Shown here: positions 36,791 to 51,373 of the stretch, in pieces | Numbering within the stretch: the first letter of the stretch is position 1 | Layout of the letters: each line of letters begins with the position of its first letter | From: Glycera tridactyla | Lineage: Eukaryota | Assembly (NCBI GenBank): GCA_965644265.1 | Contig: OZ286467.1 | Span: forward strand, 98,766,001-98,830,000 | DNA: 64,000 nucleotides | Direction of reading: 5' to 3' | The notes under the pieces: generated by a model | The model's input: the letters and a program-made list of their open reading frames with translations, nothing else | The model's database searches: none | Told to the model about the DNA's origin: nothing | Program-made: the position numbers and the translations under genes

Positions 36791-39700
36791 TGAAGACACT
36801 CTCGTGTGTTGGATTCAATGGGTGACTGCCTGCCGGGGGCCGTCCCTACTCTTTGCGAAAGACAGCAGTGGATTTTTAACGTGCGTGAAGGAAAAGGCTC
36901 CTAAATACACGGCCGACCTTTGATATCCCAGTCGGCATTCACTGGTCATTCATGGGGGGATCATTGATATCATGGGGTGGGGCGGGAGTGACTTGACGAT
37001 GGACGAGGAGTGGTACAGGTGGCATTGAGGAGGGTGAAGCCGTGGGGGGTGATTGTGATTGCTGACTACAATTCCTGTCCAGATTGCCTGACTTGGGTTG
37101 GAAATGTTGTGAAACACAGATCCTATACTTGTAGATGTGTGGGGGCGCAAGTCAAGAAACGGAAACAAGAAGCGGACTTGAAACATGTTCTAATGTTACA
37201 TCTGAACAAAAGCAAGTTCAAACAAAAGCAAGCAAGATACTCCATACAGAAGTTTTTGCCAGTAATGATAATGTATGGGACATCGGATATGCAATAAAGA
37301 CGAATGCACGAAACACTTTAAAGCGGGGTAAAAATATAAAATGGGACTTCCATGACTCTTCCTTGGATCCATATGGGAGAAGAAAGTTTATGAAATTCAT
37401 AGACTCTCAAGGTGGCAATTTTTGCATGCTAGACTGCGGATTTGTTATCCATGGTTCCAGAATGGGATTGTCTCTCCCACTTACCACACAATACAGTGAA
37501 ACCCGCAATGAGAGACCCCTTGACGAGTGACCACCTGCAACAGGAGAGCATTTGTATCTAACAATGTCAAATATACCTCTGACAAGTTTTCTTTGTTTGT
37601 TAGAATTTAACGTCACTTCAACCCCCTTGGGTTATATCGGACTGAAAAAACTGAAAATGCTGATTGCCTGACAAGTTGATGTGTGCTGTTAGGTTGTTTG
37701 GCATGAACCCATCGATACGTAAAATCTGATCCTATCCTGTGACATACTTTCTCAATCTCAAGAACCTCTGCTGTCTCTCACAACGAGTAAGGACGGCCCC
37801 TAGCAGCGGTGCCTCTATTCTTCAGCAAAATATAATAGTCTGAGGAATGCCATCCGCACCTTAGGGATCAGGTGGAACTACATGCAAAGAATATGAAGCA
37901 TAACCAGGCATGAACGTGAGCAGGAAAGAAAGAAGAGCGAATCCAGATTTTTTTCGGTCACCTGAAGCTGGTATTGTACCGCCCATACGAAAATATGTTG
38001 CTTAGCAGTTCCTCGCAAGGCTAGTTGCAAGAACATATGAGTCCTATAGTCAAGTGAAGATGCCAAGACATTATCATTCAGCAGGTTTGCTTGGATGATT
38101 GTTTGTTTCTTTGGGTTTAACGTCCTTTCCACCTTCTTGACTTGTACCAGACTGAAAAACTGAAAATAGTGAAGATAAGAGGCACCACTACTGGTGGCAA
38201 TCCTCACTTTCTGTGAAGGGCAGCAGTGGTTCTTTCACATGCATACGGGTATAGACTTCCATACATGAGGCTGGCCATTGGTATCCCAGTTGGCATACAC
38301 TGGATTCACTAAGATGGATCGATGCAGAATACACCAAAGCGTCAGAGCAAATGTGAAATCTGTGCCAATTTTAGCCTGCTTGCAATAGTTTGACATACTT
38401 TGCTTGTTTTTTTGTTTGTTTTGTTGGGGGTTTAACGTCACGTCAGCTCCATCTGGGCTATATTGTGACGCCCATGCAATGGGCATGGGTGGGATCATTC
38501 AAGACTCCTCCTTCTGGATCCCCAACAGCAGGCGAACATTCATGAAATTCACAGACACTCAAGGTGTCATTTCTGTTATTAAAAATGTTGACCGTGGTGT
38601 TACCATGTGAACATATGATTCATTCACATAGCTTCCACTAGGTCAGTTATTTTAGGCCGTTGTGTCAGGCAGCGAACATGGGATCAGTTCACTGGCCTCC
38701 ACTTGGCCGGTACAGTGGGCTCTCAATAGGTGAAGCACAATATTCGAAGGATACAGTTTCACTGCCACTCTGCACTGAGAGTATCCAACAGACCCTACCT
38801 TGCATATTTGTTTGAGTTTAACGTCCTTTCAACCACATTAGGTTATATTGGACAGAAAAATTGAAAATGCTGAAGAGAGGCACCACTGCCTTGGGCTTTC
38901 CCTACTCTTTTTGAAAGACAGCAGCGGTTCTTTTAAGTGCATATAGGAACAAACTTCCATACACATGGCTGGCCTTTGATATCCCAGTCGACATGTACTG
39001 GGTTTCAGATCGATGCAGAATACACAGAAGCGTCAGAGAAAATGTGAAATCTGTACCATTTCACCCTGTGTTGCAATTACTTGACATCCAGTGGGCTCTC
39101 AACAGGTATAACAAAATATTCGAAGGATACAGTTTCACTGTCACTCTGCACTGAGGGTATCCAACAGACCCCACCTTGCATGTTTGTTTGGGTTTAACGT
39201 CCTTTCAACCACATTGGGTTATATCGGACTGAAAATGTTGAAGAAAAGAGGCACTGACTTCATGGGCTGTCCCTACACTTATCGAAAGACAACCGAGGTT
39301 CTATTACGACGTGCATACAGGAACAGACTCCCATACACACGGCCAGCCTTTGATATCCCAGTCGGCATATACTGGGCTCCCTGCCTTGCATAAAACGCAA
39401 CTGTACATAATGAGGGACTGAGAAAGAACGTCACAGAACAGAATCAAATCCTAGGTACCAATCTGACAAAATGGTTTCATTGTATGGGTCCATGCCAAAC
39501 AACCTGATGTCAAAATATCAGGCCCAAAAGAATCTGTGATGGGGACTTCTCTTAACTTCTCATCGATGACACCACATTCATATATTGTAACTTGGCATTA
39601 TTCACAATTTTATAGTCATTATGAATATTGCAAACGGGCTTGTCATCCAAGTTCTTGATTTTGCTCAAAACTATCTCAAGGTGAACCGCATGGATTCCTT

Positions 39701-39902
39701 TGGGATAACGGACAATAAAGTTGATACCCCATTGTTCTATATCATAAAAGTGACTGGGACCATATGATTACCGCTGATACCGTTGGTATTCATAAGTTCG
39801 GATCTGAAGCATGATGTCCACGCCGGTCGGTCATCCAGCAATATTGCAATCAATCACTCGCGAAAATAATACTGGGAAGTCATGCAGCTAGGGTACAGCA
39901 AA

Positions 39903-40408
39903 CCTGGATAATGGGGCACAAAACCTGGAAAAACCTATCTCTGGGACAGATAACCTGGATTATAGGATATCATACCTGGAGACACCTAACTCAGGGGAAG
40001 AGATCCTGGACCATGGGATATGAGATCTGGAGACACTCAACTCTAGGACAGAGAACCTGGATAATGGGATATAAAACCTGGAGACACCAAACTCATGGGT
40101 AGAGATCCTGGTTCATGAGATATAAACCCTGGAAACACTCAAGTCAGCGACAGAGATCCTGGATTATGGGATATAAAACTCAACTCAAGGACAGAGATCC
40201 TGGATTATGGGATATAAAACTTGGAGACACTCAACTCAGGTACAGAGATCCTGGATCATGGTATATAAAACCTGGAGACACTCGACTCAGGGACAGTTAA
40301 CTCTGGGACATAGATCCTGGATTTATGGGATATCAGTCCTGAAGACACCAAACTCAGGGACAGAGATCCTGGATAATGGGATATGAAACCTGAAGACATC
40401 AAACTCAG
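39903..40408. repeat. 51-bp minisatellite (about 9-10 diverged units; one more unit near 40595-40655)
   Basis: Unit ctggattatgggatataaaacctggagacactcaactcagggacagagatc. Confidence 0.9.
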
Positions 40409-40667
40409 ATTTGTTTTGTTTGTTTGTTTGAGGTTTAACGGCATGTATCAACCCACAGAATTATGTATGCTGTGTGCTTCTGGTCAATGACAGCTAGATG
40501 TTCTCTCCCCTGCAGACATCACTCTCACAAACCCTGATCACAAGATGATGAGGAACCTGAAAGGTTGTCAAATGGAAGTAGCTGACAGTTCGAAGAGAGA
40601 TCCTGGATCATAAGATATCATGCGATATGAGACCTGGAGATACCAAACTCAGGAGCAGAGAAAATGG

Positions 40668-40835
40668 AAATGTTGAGGTTTTAGGTCAACTTTCTGCACT
40701 TGAGTAGGCTAAATCAGACCACCTGCCAAGGAGGAGCGCAGATGAAGGGTGAAACATTCCTGCATGGTAGGACCGTGGATTGAACCTCAGATCCATTGCA
40801 CACCGGCCCAGCATGCTACCACTGAGCCACCAAGG
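40668..40835 (-). mobile_element. tRNA-derived SINE
   Basis: Minus-strand A box TGGCTCAGTGG (40819-40829) and B box GGTTCAATCC (40777-40786) at tRNA-like spacing; downstream sequence is not tRNA-like. Confidence 0.7.
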
Positions 40836-40844
40836 TAAATTGCA

Positions 40845-42480
40845 GTGGGTCAAATCCCTCCGAGATATGTCCTTTTGGAGAAGGTATTAGTTAGTTCGAG
40901 GCTAATTGCCATGGCCAATACCCGGGCAAATCATGGGCGTCAAGAGCTAGTACGGGACCATTCGGAAAAAATATACAATTCCTTGGCAGAAGAGAGGCAG
41001 CCTATCACAGCCAACCTCTTTGAATATGCGCTCGACACTAAGCTCGGCAAGACCTCGCCGGCGTGAACTCACAAAACCTGACAAGGACATGCTTTCAAAG
41101 CACATTCCATAACCAGAACGACCAGTTCAGGCCTCCATGCAAGCCTCGGTACCAGTACAGATTTTTTTGTTTGTTTGATTGAGTTTAACATCACTTAAAT
41201 CTGCTTGGATTACATCGAACTGAAAATGCTGAAGAAAAGAGGCACCACTGCCGGGGCCGTCCCTACTCTTTGCGAAAGACAGCGGAGGTTCTTTTACATG
41301 CGAACAGGAAGAGACTCCTATCAACACGGCCGGCCTTTGATACCCCAGTCGTTTGTTTGTTTGTTTGAGGTTTAACGGCATTATCAGCCCACAGGATTAT
41401 GTATGCGGTCTGTTCCTGGTTCATGAAAGCTAGATGTTCTCTCCCCTGCAGACATCACTCATGAACCCTGAACACAAGATGATGGGGAACCTGAAAGCTT
41501 GTCAGATGGAAGTAGCTGACGGTTCAGACACACCTCTACCTACTCTACAAAAAAGACAGATTGAACCTGACGATGGCATATCTAACTATGTAACTGGCTG
41601 GAAGCTAAGACTCAAACCGAATACAGGGGGCTTTCAGTTCGACTATAGGAACGAATACCAACCTCGGCAGAGAAACCAGCGATTCCGGCCCAGCAGCCCG
41701 GGGAAGGACTACACGGGCACATACACAGGAATTTGGCTCCCAAGACAGGTGAATACTGAATTGCAACAAATCTGAGTTCACTGCAGGGAGTTTGTTTGAG
41801 GTTTAACGGCATGTATCAACCATAGGACTATGTATGCCGTGTGTTCTTGGTCAATGAAAGCTAGATGATCTCTCCCCTGCAGACATCAAATCCTGAACAC
41901 AAGATGATGGGGAACCTGAAAGGTTGTCAAGTGGAAGTAGCTGACTGTTCAGACACACCTCTACTTACTCTTCATGAACAAAGTGAATCTAATGATGGCA
42001 TATCTAACTATGTAAATGGCTGGAAGCTAACACTCAAGCCTGATAGCAATGCTTTTTGTGCATAGAGAAAGGGACACAGCTGACGTCTGATCCGGATATC
42101 CTGGATATAGTTGAAAATGGTACTACCATTGAATTCAATACAATATAGAATGATCATTAATCTGAAGCCTATCATACAGCACATTGCACACATGCAATTG
42201 AAAATGGACACAGTGAATTGGTAAGTCAGAACAAATACATGGTCATGGCTGTATTGAATTTGCAAGATGCATACTATGCCATTTGTATCGCTGAAGACCA
42301 CCAAACATTTCTGAAATTTAAATGGAAGAATGCCATCTACAAATTTGTAACTTCGCCCATGGGTTTGAGCATGGGTCCCAAAATATTCACCAAGGTCATG
42401 GAACCAGTCACAGATGCCTATTGCAGGAACATGAGTAAACGGTCAGCCCGTATTTAGATGATCTTTCATCCCAATACTTC
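40845..42480 (+). mobile_element. DIRS-type (tyrosine recombinase retrotransposon) remnant: gag C-terminus and RT fragments, broken by family A and C insertions
   Basis: LIAMANTRANHGRQELVR...PITANLF (DIRS ORF1-like); QLTSDPDILDIVENGTTIEF; RMIINLKP..QHIAHMQLKMDT; MAVLNLQDAYYAI...FLKFKWKNAIYKFVTSPMGLSMGPKIFTKVMEPV (DIRS RT pattern). Confidence 0.8.
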
Positions 42481-45139
42481 TTCAATAGTAGGTGAAAATT
42501 TATGAAATTCACAGACACACAAGGTGTCATTTCTGATTGACCAGCATTTTCAGTTGGAAAGAAAAATACAAAATCTGAAATGAATCATTAACTTTTTATT
42601 TTATCTGAACATGGTATATACATGTGTCAACAAACCCTTCAACACAGGCTGTTCATAAAGAACATACAGTTTATATGGGTAATATACAATGTGGATCTAT
42701 GAAATTACTTTGTACATATGTATATATATATTATATAACAATAATATTAATAGTAATCTTTTATCACTTTTTAATGTGGAGTACTGATAGGCCAACGATA
42801 CAGAAACATAGAACACTGTTTCTCACGAGAACACAGAGGATATGGACCATTGGTATCTGAGATGGTTAGACAGGTATAATAAATATCATGAATGACCAAT
42901 CTATTAAGGTATTATTTCATTTTGGCACAGAATTGAGTACACTGCACTGAAAATGCTGACAAAATACAATCAAACCACTGAAAGCAATCCCATATTTGTT
43001 ATAAACTTGAGTGCCATGAGGCAGCTTGAACATATGGCTGTTACAGTAAAATTCATCATCAGCAAGTGTGATGATATGGTGTTCAAGTTGTATTGGACAA
43101 GCAGTAAGGATGTTAAAGTCTGTAAAGTTCAATCATGGCGGGTACGTTCTGTGAATTCGCATCGGATTGAAATAAGACTAAATAATGACGTTGTTGACAC
43201 ATCTCCGGCGACTAGAAATGTGATCACAGCGAAGCCCCCTTGTTTATTTCACCTTTGAGCGCCAAATATGTCAATTTCACGCTGGTTTCGGGGCAACTGC
43301 CGCGGCCGTCTTCCCATTGTTTCAAATATTCACCGATAACACAGGCAGATTTGCTGAAAGAATGCAATAAAATGATAGGGTAGTTCTCTTCAGGAGCAAG
43401 CAGAGTAATTCAATAGATCTGTGCCATCAAAACTCAGGTCAGACAAAAATTGACGAATTTAACATCCGAAACGTACCCGCCACATTTGGATTAGGCCGAG
43501 TTTAGTTAATTGTTGGACTTTGAATCGCATATCCATGGCATCTGTATAAATACCTCATTCTACATCAATGAAAATGTAATTAGCGATCAATCAATTTGGA
43601 TAATTCATACAGAACTCTATCCTTGTGTATTAACAGTTGCCTTCATTTTTAAAAGTGATGGCCGTTAACCAATATAATGAGGAATATTTTTTTCAGATGG
43701 GTAATTCTAGCACATACATTCGATACATTAGATGGGTTCTTTTTGTGATAAATAGCATAAGCAACATATGGCCAGCATTTGATGCAGCCTAGTACACACT
43801 GGGGGTATCATCCCATTTTGATAATGAACAGCAAAAATGAAGCGCAATACAATATTCAACCGGAAAATCAAATCAATCGCGTTCCAGCGAGCCGAACCGC
43901 CTTATCAGACCAACACTTGCAATGACATACAATCACTCACAAATGCAGAACAATCATTTCAGGTTGCAACCGAGTTTGACAGGACAACCATGAAAACTGC
44001 TGAAATCAGGACATTGACTCAAAAATTGCCGAATAATCATACATCTTCAATCAAATCTTTGACCAACAGAGATGATGGAGTCAGAAAAAACATCAAATGG
44101 AAGAATTTTTCAGTTCATATACATCTATTCCTACATTTTGAAATACAGATGAACCAATGTGCAGAATATCTAAAAGACAGGTTGGCAGGAGACTCTTCAA
44201 CTTGAAAGTAATGATGCATTCAAGGGCAACTGGGATGGTATAAAGTTGATCCATTGCACCAATGGAAATCATAAAAAAATGGACCAGCATGAGTCATAAA
44301 TAAATCTTTATTATGGAGACTATGGCAAATTTCTGACCAGCAACCATGACGCCAATCCTTGTTCCTAAGGTTTTCAGCTTCGGTACTATGTCACATCTAC
44401 AGATTTCGTGACTAGGGTACATGTTTGGGCATTTTGGTCACATTCATGCAGTTTCCATAAGTCATTTCATATTACCGAACGATGTAATTTTTTAAACGTT
44501 TGCTGAATCACATGTGTCAGGGATGCTAATCTCAGATGACCAAAAATAGTGATGGTGCCAATTTTTACAAGTAATGGTGGCGGTATTTACAATGATCAAA
44601 TGAAAGGGTCTTGACTTTCTTGAAGTAATGTCATGCGAAAAAGACAAAAGTTTTATCTCAATGAGAGATCCAGTGATCAACATCTGGACACCATCATCCA
44701 ATTCTTCGAATCTAGCCACTTTGTTGAATCCAGAGAGAGTGAATTGAGTTTTGGGAGAGTGAGGATGCCAAAACTCACTGTCTCGATGGTACAGTGTAAA
44801 AATGTCAGTTGAGCAGAAAGTGATGAATTCATCGTGGATATAGAAAACCACAGTTTTGACTCGACCAACAGCAGACCCTATTCCCTATGAGATGGCTTTG
44901 CATACACCAGCACATGTATCATTCCCAGTGATGCCAATGAGATGAAGCTGAAATTTCGGAAATATAGGAAAATTTGCTAAAACTACCCCATCATATCATC
45001 GAAAGTATTTGTTCTGAAACTCTCAATCAGATTTTAGCAATTTTGGAAATTATTATTTTTCACCCGATTTTCGGATTTCCGAAAATATTCAGGAAAATTG
45101 GCACCACTGCATTCCGAAGAACAATCATTGGCAAAATAT

Positions 45140-45799
45140 GGGTTGGCGGTACTTAGGTAGGGCAATTAATCTCCCATTTGTTTTGCTTTCAAGATCATTT
45201 CTCTTCAAATTTAGGAGAGTGATTTTCCCAGTCTGCACCCCCACTGGGAGATTGACTGGAAAGTCTATTTTGTGAAGACTGCATGAAAATCTCATTTATC
45301 TGGGGTTACAGCATATACAGTGACGTAGATCGAGACCGACACCAAACAAATACACGTATCATGTCGAGAAACTTACCTCTCCCAACCAACCACATCCAAA
45401 GCAAACCCATACACAGCATCATCACAATCATCGCTGTATAACATCATATCCGATGTCACTTGCATAGGTAAATCCATTTTGCAGAATTCAACAAAAAGAT
45501 TGTCGAGCGATGAAAAAGAATTTTCTGGTGACAAACAGGCAGGTACCTTAATGACCGTTTCGTATTTTTTACAAACATTAATCAAACTGAATAAATGGAC
45601 ATGGATTCATATCTTTTTTCAAAGACACAAGAAAGAACAACTGCCATTTTCCCATGCACAACGTATATCTAATGCTTGGTACATGTAACACAGAGGATAC
45701 TTACACAGGAATTAAGAATTTCTTCAGGTACTTCCAATGATTCCTAATAGCTCACGGATCAGTTGAAGGTCCACCAAGACGAACAGAATCCATTGAAAA
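45140..45799 (-). pseudogene. Three phase-compatible exons of an unidentified decayed spliced gene
   Basis: Exons 45799-45705, 45586-45377 and 45278 onward; two GTAAGT donors, tag/cag acceptors; introns 118 and 98 bp; spliced frame has a single TGA. Confidence 0.5.
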
Positions 45800-47274
45800 C
45801 TACAAAACATCTTGTATTATATCCTTTTTTTCGTCTAATTATGGGGAATCTCAGAATAAAACATCAATTAATGGTGGAAGGACATTTGCTAAGGTGAATC
45901 TGAGAAGAAAGAAGACATCTTCCTTTCGTGGAAGCTCAGTAATTTAGGTTTTTTGTTTGTTTGAGGTTTAACGGCATGTATCAACCCGTGGGTTATGTAT
46001 GCCTTGTGTTCCTGGTTAATGAAAGCTCTCACAAACCCTGAACACAAGTTGATGGGGAACCTGAAAGGTTGCCGAGTGGAAGTAGCTGACAGTTCAGACA
46101 CACTTCTACCTTCTCTGAACACACATAATAAACCTTTGATGGCATATCTAACTATGTAGCTGGCTGGAAGCTAACACCCAAGCCTGATAGCAATGCTTTT
46201 TTTTTTCGCAAAGCGCAGCACCTGACACAAGGAAAAGCATTAGGTTTGGGGAATACTCAACCAAAGTGTTCAATTACAAACTGCCAACTTCAAACCAGCT
46301 TTACAATAATTTCTTGCCCTACACTCGCAGTACAATGCCATCACACATCCTAGTAACCTAGTCATCAGCCCTAGTAACCCAGAACTGGTGTGCAGTAATT
46401 TGGGTTATTGTCACTGTGAGTTCTTGTTCTGTGCTTTTTGCTTATCCCTACAAGGTCAGCAAGTAATTGTTAATAGAACCTCAATGAGTATCATTAGAGG
46501 AATCCAATTTGTTAGTTGGCTATTAATTATTTTTTTTTTTGATGGCACATAATAGTCAGGAAGGATTGAGATGGCACACAGGATAACGGACTCCCTGTAA
46601 AGTCGGCACAATCTGATCATATCCAAATGTGGCAGGTGCATTTTCCACGCAAGCAATTTCACTGGTACCACTGGATTCAATCAAACTTTCAGTAATTATC
46701 AAACCTGATTTCAGAAAGTTGACATGCATTTGACATTATATGGCATCAAGACAAAAGATCCCAAGTATATAATGTGTGAAGCCGAGGATCTTTAGTCCTT
46801 GCTGTGGAACAGTCCAGCAAGATGGGGGATGAAATAAGTGGCCTGTGTCAAAGAAGGTGATCATTAGTTCCACATATGTCACCAGATGGCTGCTGGACAT
46901 AATTCAACAAGAACTATGTCATGAATTTATGCAGTGTGTCTTTTCACATAGCCTACTCGTGACAAACATGCCTTTTTCCAAGAACCCCTCTCAATTATTC
47001 CTTTGAAATTATACCTGCAACCAGCAAACGACTATCATGAGACCAATATTTAAGGAATTTAGCATGTTTGTTCATCCCAGATTCCAATTTATTAATTACA
47101 ATATGATTGAAGGACATACTCTAATTCATCAACTTATCCTTTCCTGCTAAAATCACAGAGGTTTCTGACATGAATGCACCAAAATTTGCCTATTCTGTAG
47201 GATTGGATGGTTTGGTAGAGGTTCAACCGCACTCAAACCTGATAGCAGTCAATTATGGGCGTCTTATGCTTATT

Positions 47275-47720
47275 TGTATGAGGTTTAACGGCATGTATCA
47301 ACCCACAAGATTATGTATGCCGTGTGTTCCTGGTCAATGAAAGCTAGATGTTCTCTCCCCTGCAGACATCACTCACAAACCCTGATCACAAGATGATGGG
47401 AAACCTGAAAGGTTGTCATATGGAAGTAGCTGACTGTTCAGACACACCTCTACCTACTTTTCATGAACAAAGTGAATCTAATGAAGGCATGTCTAACTAT
47501 GTAACTGGCTGGGAGCTAACACTCAAGCCTGATAGCAATGCTTTTTTACTGGAAAGCGCAGCACTTGACACAAGGAAAAGCATTAGATTCGGAGAATACT
47601 CAACCAATGTGTTCAATTAAAAACTGTCAACCTCAAGCCAGCTTTACAATCATGGTATGCCCTATGCTCGCAGTACAATGCCATCACACAACCTAGTAAC
47701 CTAGTCGCAGCTCTAGTAAC
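47275..47720 (-). mobile_element. Family C short retroposon (up to about 450 bp), representative copy
   Basis: Ends GTTGATACATGCCGTTAAACCTCA(AACA)n. Further copies or fragments at about 40410, 41350, 41790, 45950, 49990-50450, 50550, 54650 and 57200, all minus strand. Confidence 0.8.
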
Positions 47721-50700
47721 CCAGAACTGGTGTGCCTGGTACCTGCTTTTTGCATAGTGACAATATCTGCTACAGGCAAACCATCAGCTACCTACATCTG
47801 AGACCATTTGCTCACAGTACACTGCCATCACTTATTCTAGCCCTGCAGGATGATATGTAACAGATGGTATGACTTGGGTGGGAAATCAGGCTTGGAAGAT
47901 ACTCACTTTCGAAGGATATGGGTGACAATTTCAAACATACATCTTCCTGGCATCCAATGACGTATTCAACCGAATCAGAAATTTGAGCAAGTTGCATTCA
48001 ATCTCAGTGAAGCACCATTAAATATGAGACCCACGTTAAATCATGAGAAAAGCATTCATCCTCTCCATGGCTTATTATGAAGACGTGTCCAGACATTTGC
48101 GGAGCGGAAAACATCAAAATCAATGTAAGCGGAACAACGAAACAACATGGATGGAAGATTGTGTGTAGTTGGCAAATGAAACAAATGCTCATGTACATCG
48201 AAGACATCCATTGATTGCAAATTATCATCCCAATAAATCATCACCAACAATCTCGTAGTTGTGCTGGACAAAACAGAGTACTTGATTAAATGGATCGAAG
48301 GCACAGTGCCACTCCACGATGGAGTTCAATATACCATAAATGACGTAGTAATCACCCACGCCTCAATGAACGCTCCCCCCCCAAATTTGAGCTGATCACG
48401 GGAATGTTAGCCCTAATAATTGCCAACCCCCACTTCTTCACTCAGCGGGAAGCCTAATGAACGCCCAGGGCAATTATTATGTCATTTACCGTAATATGAA
48501 TTCTGGCTACTTGGAAGCAAAATCACATCATTCATGGGGCCAGTTCACTAGATTGGAGAGCAGCAAAATTTGGACCAGTTTCGTCTCGTTTTTTCAAAAC
48601 CATAACACTGAAGACATCCACAAATTGGGTGAATCAAGACATCTTTGTTGCAGGCACCCCCTCATTTTGAGAAGTGTAACCCGAGATTTTTTTACAGTGC
48701 ACATAATGGGTGGACGGCAAATGTTTGCCAGAGAGCTGCTTGGCAGCGTGTTGGCTAATTACAGTCCGTCTACGGGATCGTAACTACGGTCTATTTGCTA
48801 CTTTTATCCATTATTTACACCAAGATTTGGCCGGGTATGCGATGAAAAGTCAGGCGATGTCAATATACATAGATGACACAGAAATAATGATCATTGGCAA
48901 TTTGAGTCTCTTAACCCTAAAACGAAAAAATACAAAACACATTTGAATACAAGCATCCCACATTTTGAACAAAATACAAGCCTTTTATCTGTTTTCAATT
49001 TTGACGGGCTTCAAGATCCACGGATACATAGAGGATTTTCATTTAGGAAATTTGGAAAGAGAGGCACTCTGTCACTACATTTCCCGTGATGAGTTCCCGC
49101 AATTTTCAATAAATGAAAGCCTCTGCTTGATTTTGTGAGCAGCTTGGACTGCGATTGTCTTGAAAAGGGGCCAGCATCCAATAACATGAGTGGAAAGTCC
49201 TCTCCGGATTCGACCCTGATACAGTGAGAGACCCCCCTCAGGAGAGTTCACTTGCGGTGGGAATCCGCTTCTTCAGGACAGCTGGCGGAGTCAAATTAAC
49301 AATACACCATCACATGAATTCCATCCCTATGTTCAACCGTTTCCAGCACCGCATTCACAATGCCAGTCTTTTTGAAGACCTGACTTGTTCAATGAAGTGA
49401 CCAAAATGAAGACCAGAGTGTTGATCATAGTAACAAGTCTATGAAGCAGTACAGTATTCAGTGTCCACCGTTACCATAGAGACTAAACAGATGTGACGTA
49501 GTGACAAAAAAACGCGGACATTTTGGCAACAAACATGTTAATCTACATGTGCGTATGATGCGATATCTGATAGCACTAGCGGTGAAACAGAAATGTAAAG
49601 CGGACATCATACACATAAAAGCTTGGAGCCTTTCTAGGCGATCTATATACAAAGTGAAAATAAATTTTCCCTGATTTTTGCAGCAGGAGCGGCAGATTGC
49701 AGCAAATAAATACGGTAAATTATGTACACATATACAATTGAAATCAGGAGAAAATTGTATATTGGTCTTAACACTTGAAACAGATGGGTAAACTATGTCA
49801 GTATGACATGATATGATATACAACAAACTAACCACAAAGGTATGATGCATTTTGGATAATTCCAAGTATAGGTAATATTTATTGGGTCGTTATATTCTCT
49901 ATAATAATGCCTATGATTATCTTCCACCTCCTGATTATGAGAGAATTGGTTTAGTTTATTCCAGGTTCAACGGTATGAATCAACCCACTTCAATGAAAGC
50001 TAGATGTTCTCTCCACTGCAGATATCAGTTTGGTTTGGTATATTTCAGCTTCAATAGCAGGTACGAACCCAATAGACTATGTATGCCATGTGTTCCAGGT
50101 CAATAAATTTATTTTTGGTTGGAGGTTTAACGGCATGTATCAACCCTAGGGTTATGTATGTTGTGTGTTCCTGGTTAATGAAAGCTAGATGTTCTCTCCC
50201 CTGCAGACATCACTCTCAAAAATACTGAACACAAGATGATGGGGAACCTGAACGGTTGTCAAGTGGAGGTAGCTGACAGTTCAGACACACCTCTATCTAT
50301 TCTACACAAACATAATGAACCTGAGGATGGCATATATAACTGGCTGGAAGCTGACATTCGAGCCTGATGACAATGCTGGATGATCTGTCCCCTGCAGGCA
50401 TCACTTTTACAATCCCTGAACACAAGATGATGAGGAACTGGGATCCATCATAATTCTGGACATTTTAATTTCACTGTTGTTCAAATCCTTCGACAGCCCA
50501 TAATTGTCAGGGTTGTCTTTAACCAGGATGGGAAAGGCATTCAGCTGGGTTTGTTAGTTTGTGATTTAATGGCATGTATCAACCCAGAGGGTTAAGTATG
50601 GCATGTGTTCCTGGTCAAGAGAATGTGTCCAGTTAAGAACGGCTAACTTCAAACCATATCATAAAGCAAATGGCTGTCAAATTCTCCCCAAAAATTAACT

Positions 50701-51373
50701 ACCCTGGCACAAGTTACAACAAAAATCTGACAAAGATGAGGGAATACATAAGCACCGGTGCTAAAAGTAAATGCATGATCATTAAGTAGAATTCAAATTT
50801 CACGCTTATCTCTTTCCAGTGGCTATGAATGTTGTCTAGTGGATATGGTGTTGCCTAATATAACATATTTCAAGAAGACGGGGGAGGTTCCAACAAGGTG
50901 TCAGCAGTATTATAACATTTTGTCCCATTACAAGCATGAAATACATGCATGAGTCTCTTGGGAACTATTCCACTCCCTGTGAAAAGAGGGTGAGAGATGT
51001 GAAAAAATATGTCGTTGAATCTAAGGAGTCATCATGAAACAAGGTTTACTTCTCCTAGAGGGTAAAATGAACGAAATCGAAACAAATGAGGCAGATTCTG
51101 GCATGTTTGGGTGAATTCGCAAATGATTCGAACAGAAGTCGGGAATATTCTGCTCACAAATTTTCCCACTTGGACTCCAAAACCTGGAACACTTTACAAT
51201 TCTATCCACCCGCAATCATATGACGAAAGATACCAATTTTTCATTCCTCGTTTATAAAATTCTATTTGGCATGGGGGTTCTAGGTGGGCCGCTGCCCCCT
51301 CCTTTATCAGGAATATGTACGGACAATTTAGAAAAAATACGCCTGTGAAAGTGCTGCAGACGATCTCCAAGTC

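Noticed and set aside
40777-40835. tRNA gene
   Set aside because: A and B boxes are present but no full cloverleaf or acceptor stem; treated as a SINE head.
41434-47620. Recurrent ORFs MFSPLQTS...GNLKGC in family C copies
   Set aside because: They are antisense to the retroposon orientation, vary in frame and stops among copies, and show no recognisable motif.
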